From a bacterium (GTDB lineage Bacteria > Patescibacteriota > Patescibacteriia > UBA10025): a DNA stretch of 64,000 nt. Positions within the stretch are counted from its first letter, which is position 1. The number at the start of each line of letters is the position of its first letter. A program made the translations under genes and the position numbers. The stretch is taken from contig JAKAGM010000001.1 in NCBI GenBank assembly GCA_021815445.1, positions 659,710 to 723,709 of the forward strand, in the 5' to 3' direction. The notes beneath the pieces were generated by a model. That model saw only the letters and a list, made by a program, of their open reading frames with translations, did no database searches and had not been told where the DNA came from. Shown here one piece after another: positions 40,281 through 49,798 of this stretch.

Positions 40281-40305
40281 AAACAAAAGTTTTATCCTAC
40301 ACGGG

Positions 40306-40629
40306 CTATTCGAATAACTTATCGAGCTCTTCGGAGATTCTGTCCTTGGACTGCACGCCGGTCGCTTGCCAGATAGGCTTGCCCTGTTTAAAAAGGATGA
40401 GCGTCGGAATGCTCAATATGCCATACTGCTGGGCTGACACGGGGCTCTGGTCTACCTCAAGCGAAGCAACTTTTACTTTTCCTTCATACTCTTTCGCAAC
40501 GGTTTCTATAATGGGTCCCTGCACCTTGCAGGGGGCGCACCATTCTGCCCAGAAATCAACAAGAACAGGCTTGTCGGCCTTCAAAACTTCCTGATCGAAC
40601 GAGCTGTCGGTAAGTTTGACTTCTGGCAT
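40306..40629 (-). CDS. trxA: Thioredoxin
   Basis: VDFWAEWCAPCK, SIPTL. Confidence 0.95.
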   Translation of the reverse strand: MPEVKLTDSSFDQEVLKADKPVLVDFWAEWCAPCKVQGPIIETVAKEYEGKVKVASLEVDQSPVSAQQYGILSIPTLILFKQGKPIWQATGVQSKDRISEELDKLFE

Positions 40630-40711
40630 ATGGTTTGAGAGTTAAAAAAATAAGCTAAAAAAAATCTTGGAGCTTTAGTATACCTCTAACCGCCGTGGCC
40701 AACAAGCTTGT

Positions 40712-40960
40712 CTAGGTGTACTTAAAAAGCGTCGTGGCGACCTCTTTGATGCGGGCCCGATCCTCGCGCTTGTTGGAACGGAGACAAAGGTCAGTTTCCT
40801 CAGAGAGAACCCTGAGCGCGAGTTTTTCAATAGATGACTTCGCGGCCATCAGCTGCATGACCACGTCACTGCACGAACGGCAGTCTCGCATCATGCGTTC
40901 TACGGCGGCAAGCTGGCCCTGGGCTCGATGAATATGGTTGAGGACTGTTTGTGAGCTCAT
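40712..40960 (-). CDS. CsoR/RcnR/CstR-family repressor
   Basis: RAQGQLAAVERM...C30-SDVVMQL...C59. Start reassigned to MSSQTV. Confidence 0.88.
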   Translation of the reverse strand: MSSQTVLNHIHRAQGQLAAVERMMRDCRSCSDVVMQLMAAKSSIEKLALRVLSEETDLCLRSNKREDRARIKEVATTLFKYT

Positions 40961-41004
40961 ATACCCTATAGGGGTATATTGCCATAACAAAAATGGGGTG
41001 TCAA
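40961..41004 (-). promoter_or_regulatory. Promoter with overlapping CsoR-family operator
   Basis: TTGACA-N17-CAATAT; ATACCCTATAGGGGTAT at 40961-40977 has the ATACC...G-tract...GGTAT operator form. Confidence 0.8.
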
Positions 41005-41009
41005 GCCTG

Positions 41010-41025
41010 TGTTCTACGTAGAACA
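41010..41025. promoter_or_regulatory. parS-like site
   Basis: TGTTCTACGTAGAACA, within a perfect 22-bp palindrome at 41007-41028. Confidence 0.75.
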
Positions 41026-41055
41026 CAGCAGAACACTAGCCCCACGCTGGGCCCA

Positions 41056-41844
41056 TTATTTCAGATCGAAGTCGAAAATCAACGGCAAGTGATCGGATAT
41101 TTCGATCTGGGGTACTTGCAAGCCGCGCGGAGTAATTTTTTCGTTGGAAAATATATAGTCAACAAGCATCGCTGTTTCGAGATTCCCCCGTGAATTAGGC
41201 AGCGTTGAACTTATTTGGAAAGTTTCGATCATGTTTTCGAACACTTCACTAAGCATCCGAATAGACTTTGTTTTTGGCGCAACGTTAAAATCACCAACAA
41301 GCAAAAGGGGATCCGAAATATCTTTTGCAATGTCTAATAAATACATACTTTGTTTCAATGAAAACTCCGTATCTTTTTTTCCTTTGCTCCAGCAACCATG
41401 GATATTCATAAGCGTAAGTTTTCTTCCTTGGATATCTACTGTTGTGATTGCGACTGAGCGCGGGTGGTCGGTTTCTGCAAACTTTGTGTGGTCGGACTCA
41501 AGGCGGTAGGTGTAAAGATAATGTCTATTTTCAGCTGACAAAATGGGGTATTTTGAAAGGAAATAATTCCCCTGCTCTACATATCCCCCGAAGTCTCTTT
41601 GCCTATTACCTCGTAACTCAAGATGTTTTGAAATCCACTGCGGACCAAAAAACGTATGAGGGTATATATCTTTAAGTGCTTCGTCGATGACTTTCTTTGA
41701 TCTATACTGGCGAAAAGCCGTGTCATCAAAATGGCGAATTACTTCCTGGAGACAAAGGATATCAGCGTCCTGTTCCTTGAGAAACTGTGCAACTTTTTCA
41801 CTATTATCGATTTTTATTCCAATGTTGTAACTTATTAGCTTCAT
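41056..41844 (-). CDS. Endonuclease/exonuclease/phosphatase family protein
   Basis: SYNI, LCLQEV, VGDFN, VDYIF, SDHLPL. Confidence 0.92.
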   Translation of the reverse strand: MKLISYNIGIKIDNSEKVAQFLKEQDADILCLQEVIRHFDDTAFRQYRSKKVIDEALKDIYPHTFFGPQWISKHLELRGNRQRDFGGYVEQGNYFLSKYPILSAENRHYLYTYRLESDHTKFAETDHPRSVAITTVDIQGRKLTLMNIHGCWSKGKKDTEFSLKQSMYLLDIAKDISDPLLLVGDFNVAPKTKSIRMLSEVFENMIETFQISSTLPNSRGNLETAMLVDYIFSNEKITPRGLQVPQIEISDHLPLIFDFDLK

Positions 41845-41853
41845 ACTTCGGCA

Positions 41854-42612
41854 TTACTTAGCTATGGCTTTCGACTGCCCCCACATATACCAGAACCAGG
41901 TTCGATAGCTTTCCGCTAAATCCTTGCTGTGGATCACAAAATACACTATATCATCGGGCATCTGTAATAGGGGAAGTCCGGTATACGTGATAACGTAATC
42001 TCCGAATATGTGTATCGCGGAGTTCGTTGAATACTCCTTCGGGAGAAACCGATATTGCAATTCTCCTTCAAATTCTGCGGGAAAGTCTGGGTTCTTTTCC
42101 TTGAGCTGGTAATCGAAAAGCTGGATAAATTTGATGTTTTTCCGCTTTGCTTCTTTAAAAAAAGCTTTTCTCGCCGGTTCCAAGCGCGGATCGTACCAGT
42201 TGCCTTTTGCGCCGATGAAATAACTGTCCTTGCCGACACGGATAACATCACGGAATATATTCTTTTGGCCTTCGTGGCCCCGGTAGATGTATGCCTCTTG
42301 CGGCGCAAACCGCTCGCCAAATTTCTTTTTTAAGTCAGGCAAAATTTCTTTCAGCTTGTGCTCACGTTCTGCAAAGAGCTCTAACAACTTATCGGGGTCA
42401 ACAGCGTTGTATCGATTTTCCGTGTGGGAAAAAATCTGGAAGCATAAACCTTTTTCGATTAAGCGTTCAATCGCATCGTATGCGTTACGACGGTGGATTT
42501 TTGCCGCGACGGCAATCTCGCTGATCGTGGACTCGCCTCGCTCAACTAACGACTCATACATTTTCGCCTCGTTCGGGCTTAAACCGAGTCCTTCGAATAT
42601 TTCTTGGTACAT
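41854..42612 (-). CDS. TrmB-family HTH regulator
   Basis: GLSPNEAKMYESLV...YDAIERLIEKGL. Confidence 0.88.
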   Translation of the reverse strand: MYQEIFEGLGLSPNEAKMYESLVERGESTISEIAVAAKIHRRNAYDAIERLIEKGLCFQIFSHTENRYNAVDPDKLLELFAEREHKLKEILPDLKKKFGERFAPQEAYIYRGHEGQKNIFRDVIRVGKDSYFIGAKGNWYDPRLEPARKAFFKEAKRKNIKFIQLFDYQLKEKNPDFPAEFEGELQYRFLPKEYSTNSAIHIFGDYVITYTGLPLLQMPDDIVYFVIHSKDLAESYRTWFWYMWGQSKAIAK

Positions 42613-42729
42613 ATTATTCCGTGGTGATTACTAGCACCAAATGGTGGTGTTGGCCACTCATTTATAATACTATAGCATACCCTGTTAACAGTCAACCAAT
42701 AAAAACGGTTCTTTGACAAGGAGGAGTAG

Positions 42730-43173
42730 ATGCTAACGTGTGTTTTTGGAACCTACAAAGGCTTCTTCCATCTCGGTGATGAGAAGGTTCGCGGGGGGAA
42801 ATATCATGGTAGATGCGGTTTGGCGATTGTTCGAACTTCGGGTCACTTCATATCCAAGCCGATGACAAGAGCAATTCCTAATCTTATCCTGCGTATGAAG
42901 CAATTCATGCCTGAGGCGGATAAGGTAGTTTTCTACATCGGAGAGAATGCTGATGATGAAGGGTACCTGCTAAAAGTCTTGGATGCATTTCCAAGCGACA
43001 AGCTGATCCTCGTGATGTGCACTTGCGTTTCGGACGAATTTCCTAAGCAGAGAAACGTGCGCGTCATTCGATCCGAATGCGGTGGCTACGAAACTATGGG
43101 CTATCTTTTTACTAACTTCCTTGAAACGGGAAAAGTTGAATTGCTACCATCTCAACAGAAGGATAACAAATGA
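42730..43173 (+). CDS. Hypothetical protein
   Basis: 147-aa ORF after GGAGGAG; overlaps the start of the next gene. Confidence 0.65.
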   Translation: MLTCVFGTYKGFFHLGDEKVRGGKYHGRCGLAIVRTSGHFISKPMTRAIPNLILRMKQFMPEADKVVFYIGENADDEGYLLKVLDAFPSDKLILVMCTCVSDEFPKQRNVRVIRSECGGYETMGYLFTNFLETGKVELLPSQQKDNK

Positions 43174-43763
43174 AAAAAATCATTCTGGGGTTAGTGTTGG
43201 GGGTTATCTTTTTTTCTCCTGCCAACGTATTTTCCACCGACTTCCAAGTCCGCCTTTTGCTTCATAAACAGGCTATTTTTGAGCAAAAACACTTGGGTAT
43301 CGCTGGCTGGTTCGTCGTACCTGACATCAGCACTAACAAGCCTTTGAAGAACCTCCTGGTTGCCGGTCCGTGCTACAAGGATTCACTCACATGGGTTGAA
43401 CTTATGGCTGGTGCCTTCATTACAGGATCAACTGCTAAAGATGACTCGAGGAAACCTACGGAGTTTGTAATCAACCTGCGAGCTCAAAGACAGCACATCC
43501 TCGCCTGTGATTTGTATATCGAGGTTCTCTACCGGCGAAGCGACCCGGTGATACCGATCAATATCACGCGAAGGATATTTTCACCGCTTCCTGGTGCTGT
43601 TCTTTCCGCCGGGCCTGAATGTGACTGGTTCACAAAAAAACGTGAATTGCGATACGGTACGCGAGTCACGGTCAAGTACCTGAAGATTATTTCGCTTAGC
43701 GCTGCCTACCAGTTTGCAAAGGGCGAGGACATTCTGCGGATTTACTGCCTTTTGAACCTATAG
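43170..43763 (+). CDS. Exported hypothetical protein, beta-strand rich
   Basis: MKKIILGLVLGVIFFSPANVFS signal peptide; followed by a terminator. Confidence 0.7.
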   Translation: MKKIILGLVLGVIFFSPANVFSTDFQVRLLLHKQAIFEQKHLGIAGWFVVPDISTNKPLKNLLVAGPCYKDSLTWVELMAGAFITGSTAKDDSRKPTEFVINLRAQRQHILACDLYIEVLYRRSDPVIPINITRRIFSPLPGAVLSAGPECDWFTKKRELRYGTRVTVKYLKIISLSAAYQFAKGEDILRIYCLLNL

Positions 43764-43783
43764 CAGTGCTAAGTAGCATCAAC

Positions 43784-43815
43784 GACTTCCGATCTGTTTT
43801 CGGGAGTCTTTTTTT
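43784..43815 (+). terminator. Intrinsic terminator
   Basis: gacttccga...tcgggagtc followed by T7. Confidence 0.7.
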
Positions 43816-43830
43816 GTTCCACGTAGAACA
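43815..43830. promoter_or_regulatory. parS-like site
   Basis: TGTTCCACGTAGAACA. Confidence 0.8.
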
Positions 43831-43849
43831 ATTTCAAAAAAGGCCGTTT

Positions 43850-44557
43850 TTAGGCCTTTTCTTCACTATCGTTATGAATTACTATGGTGGCTTTTTCCCT
43901 TTGAGTCGTCACATGCTCGCGAGTCGCAGGTCTGACGTTTTGCTCAAACCTTTCTTTTACAACGTCTTCCGGAATACCACGTTCTGCAGTATCACGAGCT
44001 AATTTCCGGCTCAACATGGTATCTTCAGTAACATCGATGTAAACCTTGAAGGGTGTTTCGGCATCTACCTGGTCGAGCGCGTATATGCCCTCGATCACAA
44101 GGCACCGAGTCACTGGAATATCTTCTTCCCCGACACGTTCACTTACCCGCATATCAAAAATAGGTACTTTAACTTTCTCTCTCTGTTTAGCAGAGAGAAA
44201 AGCTTGCACATCACTTCTTATTCTTTCTGTGTCTAGCGCTGAAGGCAAACTGAAATTCGCTTTACCGTCTCTAGCTTCCAATTCGTCCTTTTCTAAATAA
44301 TATCTGTCTAAACTGAGAACCGTCGTATCTTCCGGAGAAAAGTCCATCCTTTCTACAAAAGTGCTTTTTCCACCTGCAGTCGGCCCGGAAACTAGTACCA
44401 GTGTCCTTTTATCCGGGTTATCCTGTTCCCAGGATTGTACTTGTTCTCGAATAGCCAAAACTGCCTCATCAAGGCCTTCATACTCCTTCTTTAAGTCCCT
44501 TAATGCAATATCCCTCCTGTCAGGATCTATTCGCCCTTCGCCAGTCGGAATTGGCAT
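43850..44557 (-). CDS. udk: Uridine kinase family P-loop kinase
   Basis: SGPTAGGKST, LSLDRYY, LVIEGIYAL, RDTAERG. Start reassigned to MPIPTG. Confidence 0.8.
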   Translation of the reverse strand: MPIPTGEGRIDPDRRDIALRDLKKEYEGLDEAVLAIREQVQSWEQDNPDKRTLVLVSGPTAGGKSTFVERMDFSPEDTTVLSLDRYYLEKDELEARDGKANFSLPSALDTERIRSDVQAFLSAKQREKVKVPIFDMRVSERVGEEDIPVTRCLVIEGIYALDQVDAETPFKVYIDVTEDTMLSRKLARDTAERGIPEDVVKERFEQNVRPATREHVTTQREKATIVIHNDSEEKA

Positions 44558-44585
44558 ATTACATGTAATTAATGCGTTTCGCCAA

Positions 44586-44601
44586 TGTTCCACGTAGAAC
44601 A
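44586..44601. promoter_or_regulatory. parS-like site
   Basis: TGTTCCACGTAGAACA, identical to the site at 43815. Confidence 0.8.
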
Positions 44602-44657
44602 ATTATTCGAATGCGCTTGTATTCAAAGGATAAAGTGGACCGTACCGGATTCTAATT

Positions 44658-44730
44658 TGGACCTCAGGGGGCTCGAACCCCTCACCTCTTCCATGCCATG
44701 GAAGCGCTCTACCAAATGAGCTAGAGGCCC
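44658..44730 (-). tRNA. tRNA-Ala(GGC)
   Basis: Cloverleaf, G3:U70, anticodon arm cttcc-atGGCat-ggaag. Confidence 0.93.
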
Positions 44731-44736
44731 AGAACT

Positions 44737-45030
44737 TTATCTTATTTCTCTATCTATAAGTAAAATAATATCGGTAAGAGCTTTAACTGTATGATGAATA
44801 TTACCAGGAATTTCGATCTTCTTGTAGCCCGATATTATATCCCTTTCTTCGCCAACCTCAAGCTCTATCTTCCCTGAAATAAGGAATAATACTTCTTTTT
44901 CTTCATGTTGATGGTTCGCGCTGGTACTGCCCTGCTTTCTAGAAATTATTCGCACTTTACCACAATCATAAATTACCCCCCGTTCATCAGATTTATACGT
45001 ATCTATTTTCGTAATCTTGGCTTTTTTCAT
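44737..45030 (-). CDS. Cupin-domain protein
   Basis: NHQHEEKEVLFLISG and IPGNIHHTV. Start reassigned to MKKAKI. Confidence 0.8.
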   Translation of the reverse strand: MKKAKITKIDTYKSDERGVIYDCGKVRIISRKQGSTSANHQHEEKEVLFLISGKIELEVGEERDIISGYKKIEIPGNIHHTVKALTDIILLIDREIR

Positions 45031-45038
45031 AAATCTCT

Positions 45039-45126
45039 TGGTGGACCTAGGCGGAATCGTCAGGTCACCCGACCGGACGCCCCGTCGGACCTGTCCCGTC
45101 GAATGACGGGATGACGGGGCGAACTC
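45039..45126 (-). pseudogene. tRNA-Ala 3' fragment with the T-loop interrupted by a GC-rich insert (45060-45121)
   Basis: Minus strand gagttcg[insert]attccgcctaggtccACCA, compared with the intact gagttcgattctccctaggtcca. Confidence 0.65.
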
Positions 45127-45160
45127 TATCCTCAATAAACACTTAATTACATTGACCACA

Positions 45161-45231
45161 TGGACCTAGGGAGAATCGAACTCCCGCTTCCACAATGCGA
45201 ATGTGGTGTCATACCACTAGACCATAGGCCC
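45161..45231 (-). tRNA. tRNA-Ala(CGC)
   Basis: gggccta/taggtcc acceptor stem with G3:U70; ccaca-ttCGCat-tgtgg. Confidence 0.9.
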
Positions 45232-45239
45232 TTGTTACT

Positions 45240-45311
45240 TGCCCCCACCAGGAATTGAACCTAGATCTATCCCTTAGGACGGGATTGTTCTATCCGTTGA
45301 ACTACGGGGGC
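45240..45311 (-). tRNA. tRNA-Arg(CCT)
   Basis: Cloverleaf; atccc-gtCCTaa-gggat. Confidence 0.9.
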
Positions 45312-45343
45312 AAAGCGCACTAAGCTATATTTAGAAAATAAAA

Positions 45344-45359
45344 TGTTCCACATGGAACA
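45344..45359. promoter_or_regulatory. parS-like site
   Basis: TGTTCCACATGGAACA. Confidence 0.7.
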
Positions 45360-45472
45360 TATTTTCAAATCATTATGATATTTTCAGCAAAAATTGTCAA
45401 TATTTCAATATTTTATATGGAGATATTTCTACAAATCATCTATATTTAGCCAAATCTATGTGTCGTAAAACA

Positions 45473-45658
45473 CTATTTGATAAATAAACCTGATATTGAT
45501 GATGAAATGCCAGAGATAAAGTTTAATCGCTTATCAAAAAAATACAATGCCGTAAGAAGCAGAACAATAGAAAGAATCAGGATCATCGTGTTGCGCAAGT
45601 CTCTTCGCAACGTTTTTGAATGAATATCCGCCGCTGTATCGTTATTTGTTTGAGTCAT
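45473..45658 (-). CDS. Small single-TM protein
   Basis: MTQTNND...LRRDLRNTMILILSIVLLLTALYFFDKR. Confidence 0.55.
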   Translation of the reverse strand: MTQTNNDTAADIHSKTLRRDLRNTMILILSIVLLLTALYFFDKRLNFISGISSSISGLFIK

Positions 45659-45956
45659 GTTGTTATCTTTACCTATATGATGAGTATACACAAGTGTACA
45701 AAAAAAGATAAAAGCAGGCAATCATCGATCTATCCTACAATTACCTGCATTGGCAGGCAACAGCGCATCATTGAATGCAGTGAAATAAAAATGAGTGCCA
45801 TGAACCGAGGCACATAAAAATAAATTTTCGGGTAAAATATTTTGATCGTCGATCCATTTTCAAATGCTTTTTATCTCCGAAACTTTTAAATGACATGACG
45901 CAATTTTTCGCCCGTAAATCCTGCGTTTTTGCGAAATGGGGTCGAACCAGATACCT

Positions 45957-45985
45957 TTGACACTTGACGGTTTGCGTACTACAAT
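45957..45985 (+). promoter_or_regulatory. Sigma70-type promoter
   Basis: TTGACA-N17-TACAAT upstream of the bactofilin gene. Confidence 0.7.
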
Positions 45986-46018
45986 GGGGTCACTCAATAA
46001 TTGAATTTTAATAAGAAT

Positions 46019-46405
46019 ATGTTTGAAAAAGAAACGCAAAAAACGTCTCCGCGCGATATCGAAACAATCATCGGCCCTTCCGTAAAAGTTGAGGGAAATT
46101 TTGTCGGAACCGGCAATGTTGTCGTCGAAGGCTCAGTCCAGGGCATGCTCAAAACACAACAGAACCTCAGGATTGGAAAAGACGCGAAGGTGAAAGCAGA
46201 TATCCAGGCGACAAACCTGTATGTCGCAGGAGAAGTTCGCGGTAACGTCAAAGTAAGCGAAAAGACGGAACTTGCGTCTACGGCAAAAATTATAGGAAAT
46301 CTCGAGACAAAAGCTCTTTCTGTCGAAACGGGAGCGCTCCTGAACGGCAAGTGTCAGATGATTACCGAACCTAAAGAATCTAACGACAAACGCGCCGTCA
46401 AATAG
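46019..46405 (+). CDS. Bactofilin (polymer-forming cytoskeletal protein)
   Basis: TIIGPSVKVEGNF...GEVRGNV...IGNLETKALSVETGALLNGKC. Confidence 0.92.
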   Translation: MFEKETQKTSPRDIETIIGPSVKVEGNFVGTGNVVVEGSVQGMLKTQQNLRIGKDAKVKADIQATNLYVAGEVRGNVKVSEKTELASTAKIIGNLETKALSVETGALLNGKCQMITEPKESNDKRAVK

Positions 46406-46429
46406 AAAAAGTGTGCGGATATAATCCGT

Positions 46430-47203
46430 ATGTATACATACATATACGACTCATTTCTTACAGAAAAAAAATATGAAAACCTCCTCTTCAGGATGGAGGC
46501 GCGTTTGCTTGAGCTTGGGATTAACGGCCGCGTTGAGAAACTTACGCTCCTAAAGAGCATGAAGGAAATTGTTGCCGACGCCGTGGATCGCAACAGCGAA
46601 ACTGTCGTGGTCGTCGGGAATGATGAAACGGTGTCAAAAGCCATAAGCTTTTTGCCCGCCCATAAGGCCGTTTTAGGCATTTTACCGATGGGAAATAACA
46701 ACAGTATTGCCGATATACTCGGGATTTCGCAGGGTATTGAAGCATGCGATATTCTTTCAAAACGGATTATAGAGCGCATTGACCTGGGTAAAGCGAACGG
46801 AAGATATTTTCTTTCCCGTCTGGTAATACAGGATGCTGCGCACGTCACACTCGACTGCAACGGATTCCAGGTATCTACACAGACCCCTGACGGGACAGTG
46901 GAGATATGTAACTTCAGCGAAGCCTCAGCGGACGACAATGATGTTTTTTCGAATCCTCAGGATGGCATTCTCGAAGCGGTGATCCGCCCTGAGATAAAAA
47001 AAAGTTGGTGGCAGACATTCAATAAGTCGTATAACCGTGCGAGTGTTTTTCCGATAAAAAAACTCCGCATCCGAAGCACCGGGGAAAATGTTACTGTCCT
47101 CGCCGACGGTCAGACGACGCTCAAAACTCCCGTCTCAATTGAAATTGTTCCCAGAGAACTGCGCGTGATCGTAGGAAAAGGAAGAGCATTCACCCGCGCC
47201 TGA
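46430..47203 (+). CDS. Diacylglycerol kinase family (YegS-like) protein
   Basis: VVVVGNDET, LGILPMG, IDLGKAN, ADGQ. Confidence 0.8.
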   Translation: MYTYIYDSFLTEKKYENLLFRMEARLLELGINGRVEKLTLLKSMKEIVADAVDRNSETVVVVGNDETVSKAISFLPAHKAVLGILPMGNNNSIADILGISQGIEACDILSKRIIERIDLGKANGRYFLSRLVIQDAAHVTLDCNGFQVSTQTPDGTVEICNFSEASADDNDVFSNPQDGILEAVIRPEIKKSWWQTFNKSYNRASVFPIKKLRIRSTGENVTVLADGQTTLKTPVSIEIVPRELRVIVGKGRAFTRA

Positions 47204-47327
47204 AAAACAACGGGCCCTGTCTATACATACTCTTTCCGTACACTCGGCGGAAAAAAGCTATTTTTTCATTGACGGAAACGCAGAAAAAACGTACACTATA
47301 TGAAGTTTTCTCAAGTACAAGTCACCT

Positions 47328-49316
47328 ATGAACGTTACTGAGCTTGCCCGAAAGCTTAAAATCCCAACTGAATCCTTGCGCACACTCATTCCGGAGCTGG
47401 GCTTTGACGTGGGAAGAAAAGCTATAAAGGTAGACGACAGGGTCGCGCATCAAATTATTCAGAAGATAAAGAGCCAGCCGACACTGCTTGAGAGTATCCG
47501 CCGAGGCAGGATTGCCGCCGTGACTGACAAAGAAGAAGCTATTGCAGTCACCGAAGCTTCGGAAACATTGTCGCTGCCGCCGAAGATTGCTGTCAGAGAT
47601 TTTGCCGAACAGCTGCGTATGCCTGTGACGAGCATCATCAAGGAGCTGATGAATAACGGCATCCTTGCGTCGCTCAATGAACAGATCGATTACGACACCG
47701 CCTCAATTATTGCCGAAGACCTGGGGTTTCACACCCAGCTGAAGAAAGAAGCGGCAACTCTGGAAGAAACAACGGTAGAAAGTGTCGTAGGCAAACAGGA
47801 TGAAAAAAACCTTGTCGACAGAGCTCCTGTTGTGGTTGTCATGGGACATGTAGACCATGGTAAAACCAAGCTTCTTGATGCAATCCGTAAAACAAACGTC
47901 GTAGAGGGAGAAGCCGGCGGGATTACCCAGCACATTGGCGCGTATCAAGTGGTACATAAAGGCGCCGAAATTACATTTATAGATACGCCCGGACATGAGG
48001 CATTTACGACAATGCGGTCGAGAGGCGCGCGTGTCGCCGATATCGCCATCCTCGTCGTCGCAGCGGACGAAGGAATCAAGCCGCAAACAGAGGAAGCCAT
48101 CACCATTATACAGAATTCAGAGCTCCCGTTTGTCGTCGCGATAAATAAGATCGACAAAGAAGGGGCGAATATTGAGCGCATTAAACAGCAGCTCGCCGAA
48201 AAGAATCTCCTACCGGAAGACTGGGGCGGAAAAATTATCACCGTCCCTATTTCAGCGAAAAAATCTCAGGGCATCGACGGACTGCTCGATACCATCTTGC
48301 TTGTCAGAGACATGGAACGTGAGCATATCCGTGCGAACCCGCACAGGCCGGCAGTCGGTACTATTATAGAATCGCATATAGACAAAGGGGAAGGCGCAGT
48401 TTCCACGGTGCTGATCCAGTCGGGAACTTTGCGAACGGGAAACCTCATTAGCGTAGGCGGCATAGGAGGCAAAATTAAAACTATGAAAGACTTCCGCGGC
48501 CGGGAAATAGCCTCTGCCGGACCGTCGACCCCTGTCAAAATACTCGGACTGAAATCGGCTCCAACTGTTGGCGACATCCTCCAAGTGCAGGGAGATTCTA
48601 AAATACTCAAAAAGACGCTCAAAGATCACGATAATCAAAAAAGGAAATACGAAGCCGGGCTCACCACGCGATCAAGCGATGAAGAGGATGGCGTACAGAA
48701 ATTTCCTATCATATTGAAGACTGACACGCTCGGTTCGCAAGAAGCTATCATCCAGGAGATAGAGCGGCTCGCACTTCCTGATTTTAAAATTGCTATCATA
48801 AAAAAAGGACTCGGCAACGTATCTGAATCTGACATAGAATCCGCGCAAGCTACGGGCGCTATCATCTACGGGTTTCACGTCATAGTCTCACCGGCTGTCC
48901 AAGAATCAGCAATTGAACGTAATGTAAGCATCAGGCCTTTCGCCATTATTTACGAGCTTATTCAGGACGTACAAAACGAAGGTGAAAAAATACTCTCGCC
49001 TGAAATCGTTAAGACTGAAATAGGAAGGATAAAAATACTCTCAATATTCAGGACGGAAAAAAAGTCGATGATTATCGGCGGTACCGTGACCAAAGGAAGC
49101 GCGAAACTCGACGTGAAGGTCCGTGTCATGCGGAATAAAGTGGAAATATCCCAAGGCAAGATCACCGGCCTGCAGTCAGGGAAACAGGACGTAAAGGAAG
49201 TGGCTGCAGTCGCTGAATGCGGAATAAAATTTGAGGGCCCCACGGTGATTGAGGCGGGCGACATGCTCGAACTGTACACTGAGGAAAAAAGATTCCGTAA
49301 ACTCAATAGGAAATAG
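47328..49316 (+). CDS. infB: Translation initiation factor IF-2
   Basis: [30 protein letters not shown]. Confidence 0.98.
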   Translation: MNVTELARKLKIPTESLRTLIPELGFDVGRKAIKVDDRVAHQIIQKIKSQPTLLESIRRGRIAAVTDKEEAIAVTEASETLSLPPKIAVRDFAEQLRMPVTSIIKELMNNGILASLNEQIDYDTASIIAEDLGFHTQLKKEAATLEETTVESVVGKQDEKNLVDRAPVVVVMGHVDHGKTKLLDAIRKTNVVEGEAGGITQHIGAYQVVHKGAEITFIDTPGHEAFTTMRSRGARVADIAILVVAADEGIKPQTEEAITIIQNSELPFVVAINKIDKEGANIERIKQQLAEKNLLPEDWGGKIITVPISAKKSQGIDGLLDTILLVRDMEREHIRANPHRPAVGTIIESHIDKGEGAVSTVLIQSGTLRTGNLISVGGIGGKIKTMKDFRGREIASAGPSTPVKILGLKSAPTVGDILQVQGDSKILKKTLKDHDNQKRKYEAGLTTRSSDEEDGVQKFPIILKTDTLGSQEAIIQEIERLALPDFKIAIIKKGLGNVSESDIESAQATGAIIYGFHVIVSPAVQESAIERNVSIRPFAIIYELIQDVQNEGEKILSPEIVKTEIGRIKILSIFRTEKKSMIIGGTVTKGSAKLDVKVRVMRNKVEISQGKITGLQSGKQDVKEVAAVAECGIKFEGPTVIEAGDMLELYTEEKRFRKLNRK

Positions 49317-49343
49317 GCCTGCTAAATTTTTTGCTCAAGCGGC

Positions 49344-49721
49344 ATGACACTCAACCGCATGGATCGCATCAATGAGCTTATCAAGCGCCAGCTGGGTTTG
49401 CTGTTCCTTCGGGAACTTGACCTCCCACACGAGAGCTTCGTGACCGTGACCGAGGTGCGAACGACTAATGATCTCTCGGCGTGCACGATATATATCAGCG
49501 TCACTCCCGGAGACGCGGCAAAAGAAATTCTTGCCCTCCTGCAGAAACGGAGAGGATTCTTTCGGCATGAGCTGAGCCAGCAGGTTATTTTGAGGAAAAT
49601 GCCTGAAGTGAGATTTGAACTTGATATGGGGGCGCAGAAAGCCGCGCGAATTGAAGAGCTTCTTGATAAAATTATCCCTGACGACAAACCTGCTTCTGAT
49701 AGCAGCCATGAACCGCTATAG
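49344..49721 (+). CDS. rbfA: Ribosome-binding factor A
   Basis: RMDRINELIKR, VTVTEV, LRKMPEVRF; follows infB. Confidence 0.92.
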   Translation: MTLNRMDRINELIKRQLGLLFLRELDLPHESFVTVTEVRTTNDLSACTIYISVTPGDAAKEILALLQKRRGFFRHELSQQVILRKMPEVRFELDMGAQKAARIEELLDKIIPDDKPASDSSHEPL

Positions 49722-49798
49722 AGCCCGAACCCGCTGAGGGTTGACAGACCTACGCAGAAGAAGTACACTCCTCTATCCATGAATAACCACAACATGAG

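Noticed and set aside
40961-44602. Two ORF-track proteins sharing the N-terminus MFYVEH
   Set aside because: Artefact of translating the parS-like palindrome; the real starts are downstream (40960 and 44557).
45039-45126. tmRNA 3' end
   Set aside because: It ends in an Ala-like ...tccacca, but there is no room for a tmRNA body or tag before tRNA-Ala, and it matches the neighbouring tRNA better.
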